DNA from: an archaeon
Lineage (GTDB): Archaea; Iainarchaeota; Iainarchaeia; Iainarchaeales; CSSED10-239
Reading direction: 5' to 3'
Length of the DNA stretch: 7,364 nt
Assembly (NCBI GenBank): GCA_037147375.1
Contig: JBAWVI010000048.1
Location: 1 to 7,364, forward strand
Shown: in pieces, positions 6,179 through 7,364 of the stretch
Position numbering within the stretch: position 1 is the stretch's first letter
How the letters are laid out: each line of letters starts with the position of its first letter
The notes under the pieces: model-generated
What the model saw: only the letters and a program-made list of their open reading frames with translations
The model's database searches: none
What the model was told of the DNA's origin: nothing
Made by a program: the position numbers and the translations under genes

Positions 6179-7273
6179 ATGATTATTGGATTAACTAGTT
6201 TTCTTTCTGCTGGAAAAGGCAGTGTTTGTGAATTTTTAAAAATTAAAGGATATCAAGTTTATTCTTGCTCAGATATTATTAGAGAGGAATGTAATAATAG
6301 AGGTATTGAACTTACAAGAAAAAATTTACAAGACGTTGGTAACGAGCTTAGAACTAAGTTTGGTCCAAATATACTTGCGATTAGATTATCTGAAAAAATA
6401 AATAAAGATATTACTAAAAATTATGTTGTAGACTCTATTAGAACACCAGCAGAAATTGAAGAATTAAGAAAGTTACCTAATTTTGCTCTTGTGTTTCTTG
6501 ATGCTGATTCTAAAACAAGATATGAAAGAGCTAAGATTAGACTTAGAGAAAAAGAAAATGTAAATAGTTTTGATGAGTTTATGCTTTCAGAGAAAAGAGA
6601 ACTTGAAAGTAAGGATCCAAACTCTCAACAATTATTGAAATGTAAAGAACTTTCAGAGTATACTTTAAGTAATAATGGAACAATAGATGAGCTTCAAGCT
6701 CAAGTTGATGAACTTTTAGTAAAACTACAAGTTAAATTTAAGAAAAAAATGAATTGGGATGAATATTTTATAAATATTGCAAAAGATATTTCAAAGAAGT
6801 CAACTTGCATGTCTATGTATGTTGGTGCTGTAATAACTAAGAATAATACAATTTTAAGTACAGGGTATTCAGGAGCACCAAGAGGAACAAAAGATTGTTT
6901 TGAATGGGGTTATTGTTTTAGAAGAAAAAATAATATTAAATCAGGAACTAAGTTTGAATTGTGTGCTTCGGTTCATGCAGAACAAAATGCAATAATTAAT
7001 GCTGCAAGACAAGGAACAAGTATAGTTGATGGAACTCTTTATCTATATGGAGAAATAGCATATCAAGCACAAAACAAGATAACAGATATATTTCCTTGTT
7101 TTATTTGTAAGAAAATGATAATAAACTCAGGTATTGTTAGGGTAGTTTGTTCAAAAGCAGATGGAACATTTGTTGCTTTTGAAGTTAAAGATTGGATTAA
7201 TGATTGGAAAGAACATAGTTTATTAGAAGACACGGTTGGATATGGAACAAACTATAATCAAAATATCAAATGA
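6179..7273 (+). CDS. Fusion protein: an N-terminal P-loop nucleotide/dNMP-kinase-like domain (~aa 1-185) joined to a C-terminal dCMP deaminase (ComEB/Dctd-type, ~aa 191-364)
   Basis: C-terminal half: NWDEYFINIAKDISKKSTC, VGAVITKNNTILSTGYSGAPRG, zinc motifs HAEQNAI (aa 266-272) and PCFICKKMI (aa 306-314), SGIVRVV. N-terminal half: MIIGLTSFLSAGKGSVCEFLK...SCSDIIREEC..RGIE.TR.NLQDVGNELR..FGPNILA resembles small archaeal/phage dNMP-kinase or UPF0200-like kinases (GxTGxxGSGKS/DT...). It carries an atypical Walker A (S-F-L-S-A-G-K-G-S). SD GGTGA at 6168..6172; TGA stop. Confidence 0.85.
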   Translation: MIIGLTSFLSAGKGSVCEFLKIKGYQVYSCSDIIREECNNRGIELTRKNLQDVGNELRTKFGPNILAIRLSEKINKDITKNYVVDSIRTPAEIEELRKLPNFALVFLDADSKTRYERAKIRLREKENVNSFDEFMLSEKRELESKDPNSQQLLKCKELSEYTLSNNGTIDELQAQVDELLVKLQVKFKKKMNWDEYFINIAKDISKKSTCMSMYVGAVITKNNTILSTGYSGAPRGTKDCFEWGYCFRRKNNIKSGTKFELCASVHAEQNAIINAARQGTSIVDGTLYLYGEIAYQAQNKITDIFPCFICKKMIINSGIVRVVCSKADGTFVAFEVKDWINDWKEHSLLEDTVGYGTNYNQNIK

Positions 7274-7289
7274 TTTAATAATTCAAGTT

Positions 7290-7326
7290 TAGGGTCTGTA
7301 GAAACCCTATATAACACCTTATTTTT
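7290..7326 (+). terminator. Candidate transcription end region: a 6-bp stem hairpin (TAGGGT 7290..7295 / ACCCTA 7304..7309, 8-nt loop) followed by the T-rich run TTATTTTT (7319..7326)
   Basis: Read directly from the sequence, 17 nt after the last stop codon of the nine-gene array. The T-run is 9 nt from the stem, so this is not a textbook intrinsic terminator. A T-run alone could serve in archaea. Confidence 0.35.
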
Positions 7327-7330
7327 AGGT

Positions 7331-7362
7331 AATAATATATAGGTTTGCACCTATATATTATT
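7331..7362. repeat. Perfect 14-bp inverted repeat AATAATATATAGGT / ACCTATATATTATT around a 4-nt loop (TTGC)
   Basis: Arms at 7331..7344 and 7349..7362 are exact reverse complements. G-U pairs could extend the RNA stem by 2 bp to the window end. The function is unknown (terminator hairpin, operator or element boundary), and the window ends 2 nt later. Confidence 0.5.
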
Positions 7363-7364
7363 GT

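Noticed and set aside
7271-7273. TGA as a sense codon (code 4/25, as in some CPR lineages), which would extend the last gene
   Set aside because: None of the long conserved genes contains an in-frame TGA. That would be unlikely if TGA encoded Gly or Trp. The protein already covers a complete dCMP deaminase domain before this codon.
1-7364. CRISPR arrays, tRNA/rRNA genes, and transposase/integrase or other mobile-element hallmarks
   Set aside because: No regularly spaced direct repeats, no cloverleaf-compatible GC-rich segments, and no recombinase-like ORFs were seen on either strand. The only notable repeats are the two terminal hairpins, reported separately.

Overview
The window is visibly AT-rich (about 30% G+C by eye, not computed) and very tightly packed. 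A partial minus-strand gene occupies 1..711; the supplied ORF track misses it because it runs off the window edge. A 124-bp divergent intergenic region follows. Nine co-directional + strand genes then span 836..7273, with 0-20 nt spacers from 1798 onward (54 nt at 1187..1240) and Shine-Dalgarno-like sites (GGAGG/GGTGA type) upstream of most of them. Six of the nine form a nearly complete dCMP -> dUMP -> dTMP -> dTDP pathway plus the folate one-carbon cycle. These are an M. tuberculosis-type thymidylate kinase, serine hydroxymethyltransferase, ThyA-family thymidylate synthase, dihydrofolate reductase, and a P-loop kinase fused to dCMP deaminase. A clear homologue of animal DNPH1/Rcl (2'-deoxynucleoside 5'-phosphate N-glycosidase) sits directly upstream of thyA. 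Three unrecognisable proteins are interleaved with these genes. As sequenced, two genes are disrupted: SHMT by a 1-nt frameshift in a GGG run, five codons after the PLP lysine, and DHFR by a single in-frame TAA with no frame change. The cluster ends with a short hairpin and a perfect 14-bp inverted repeat. I saw no tRNA/rRNA, CRISPR array or transposase. The origin cannot be decided from the sequence. A reduced-genome archaeon or bacterium (DPANN/CPR-like) and a large virus carrying nucleotide-metabolism genes are both compatible. The most interesting signal is the DNPH1-like glycosidase + ThyA-homologue pair inside a thymidylate module. It mirrors known hydroxymethylase/N-glycosidase pairs (MilA/MilB, BcmA/BcmB). 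Whether it is a new system or ordinary dTMP metabolism cannot be decided from the sequence.
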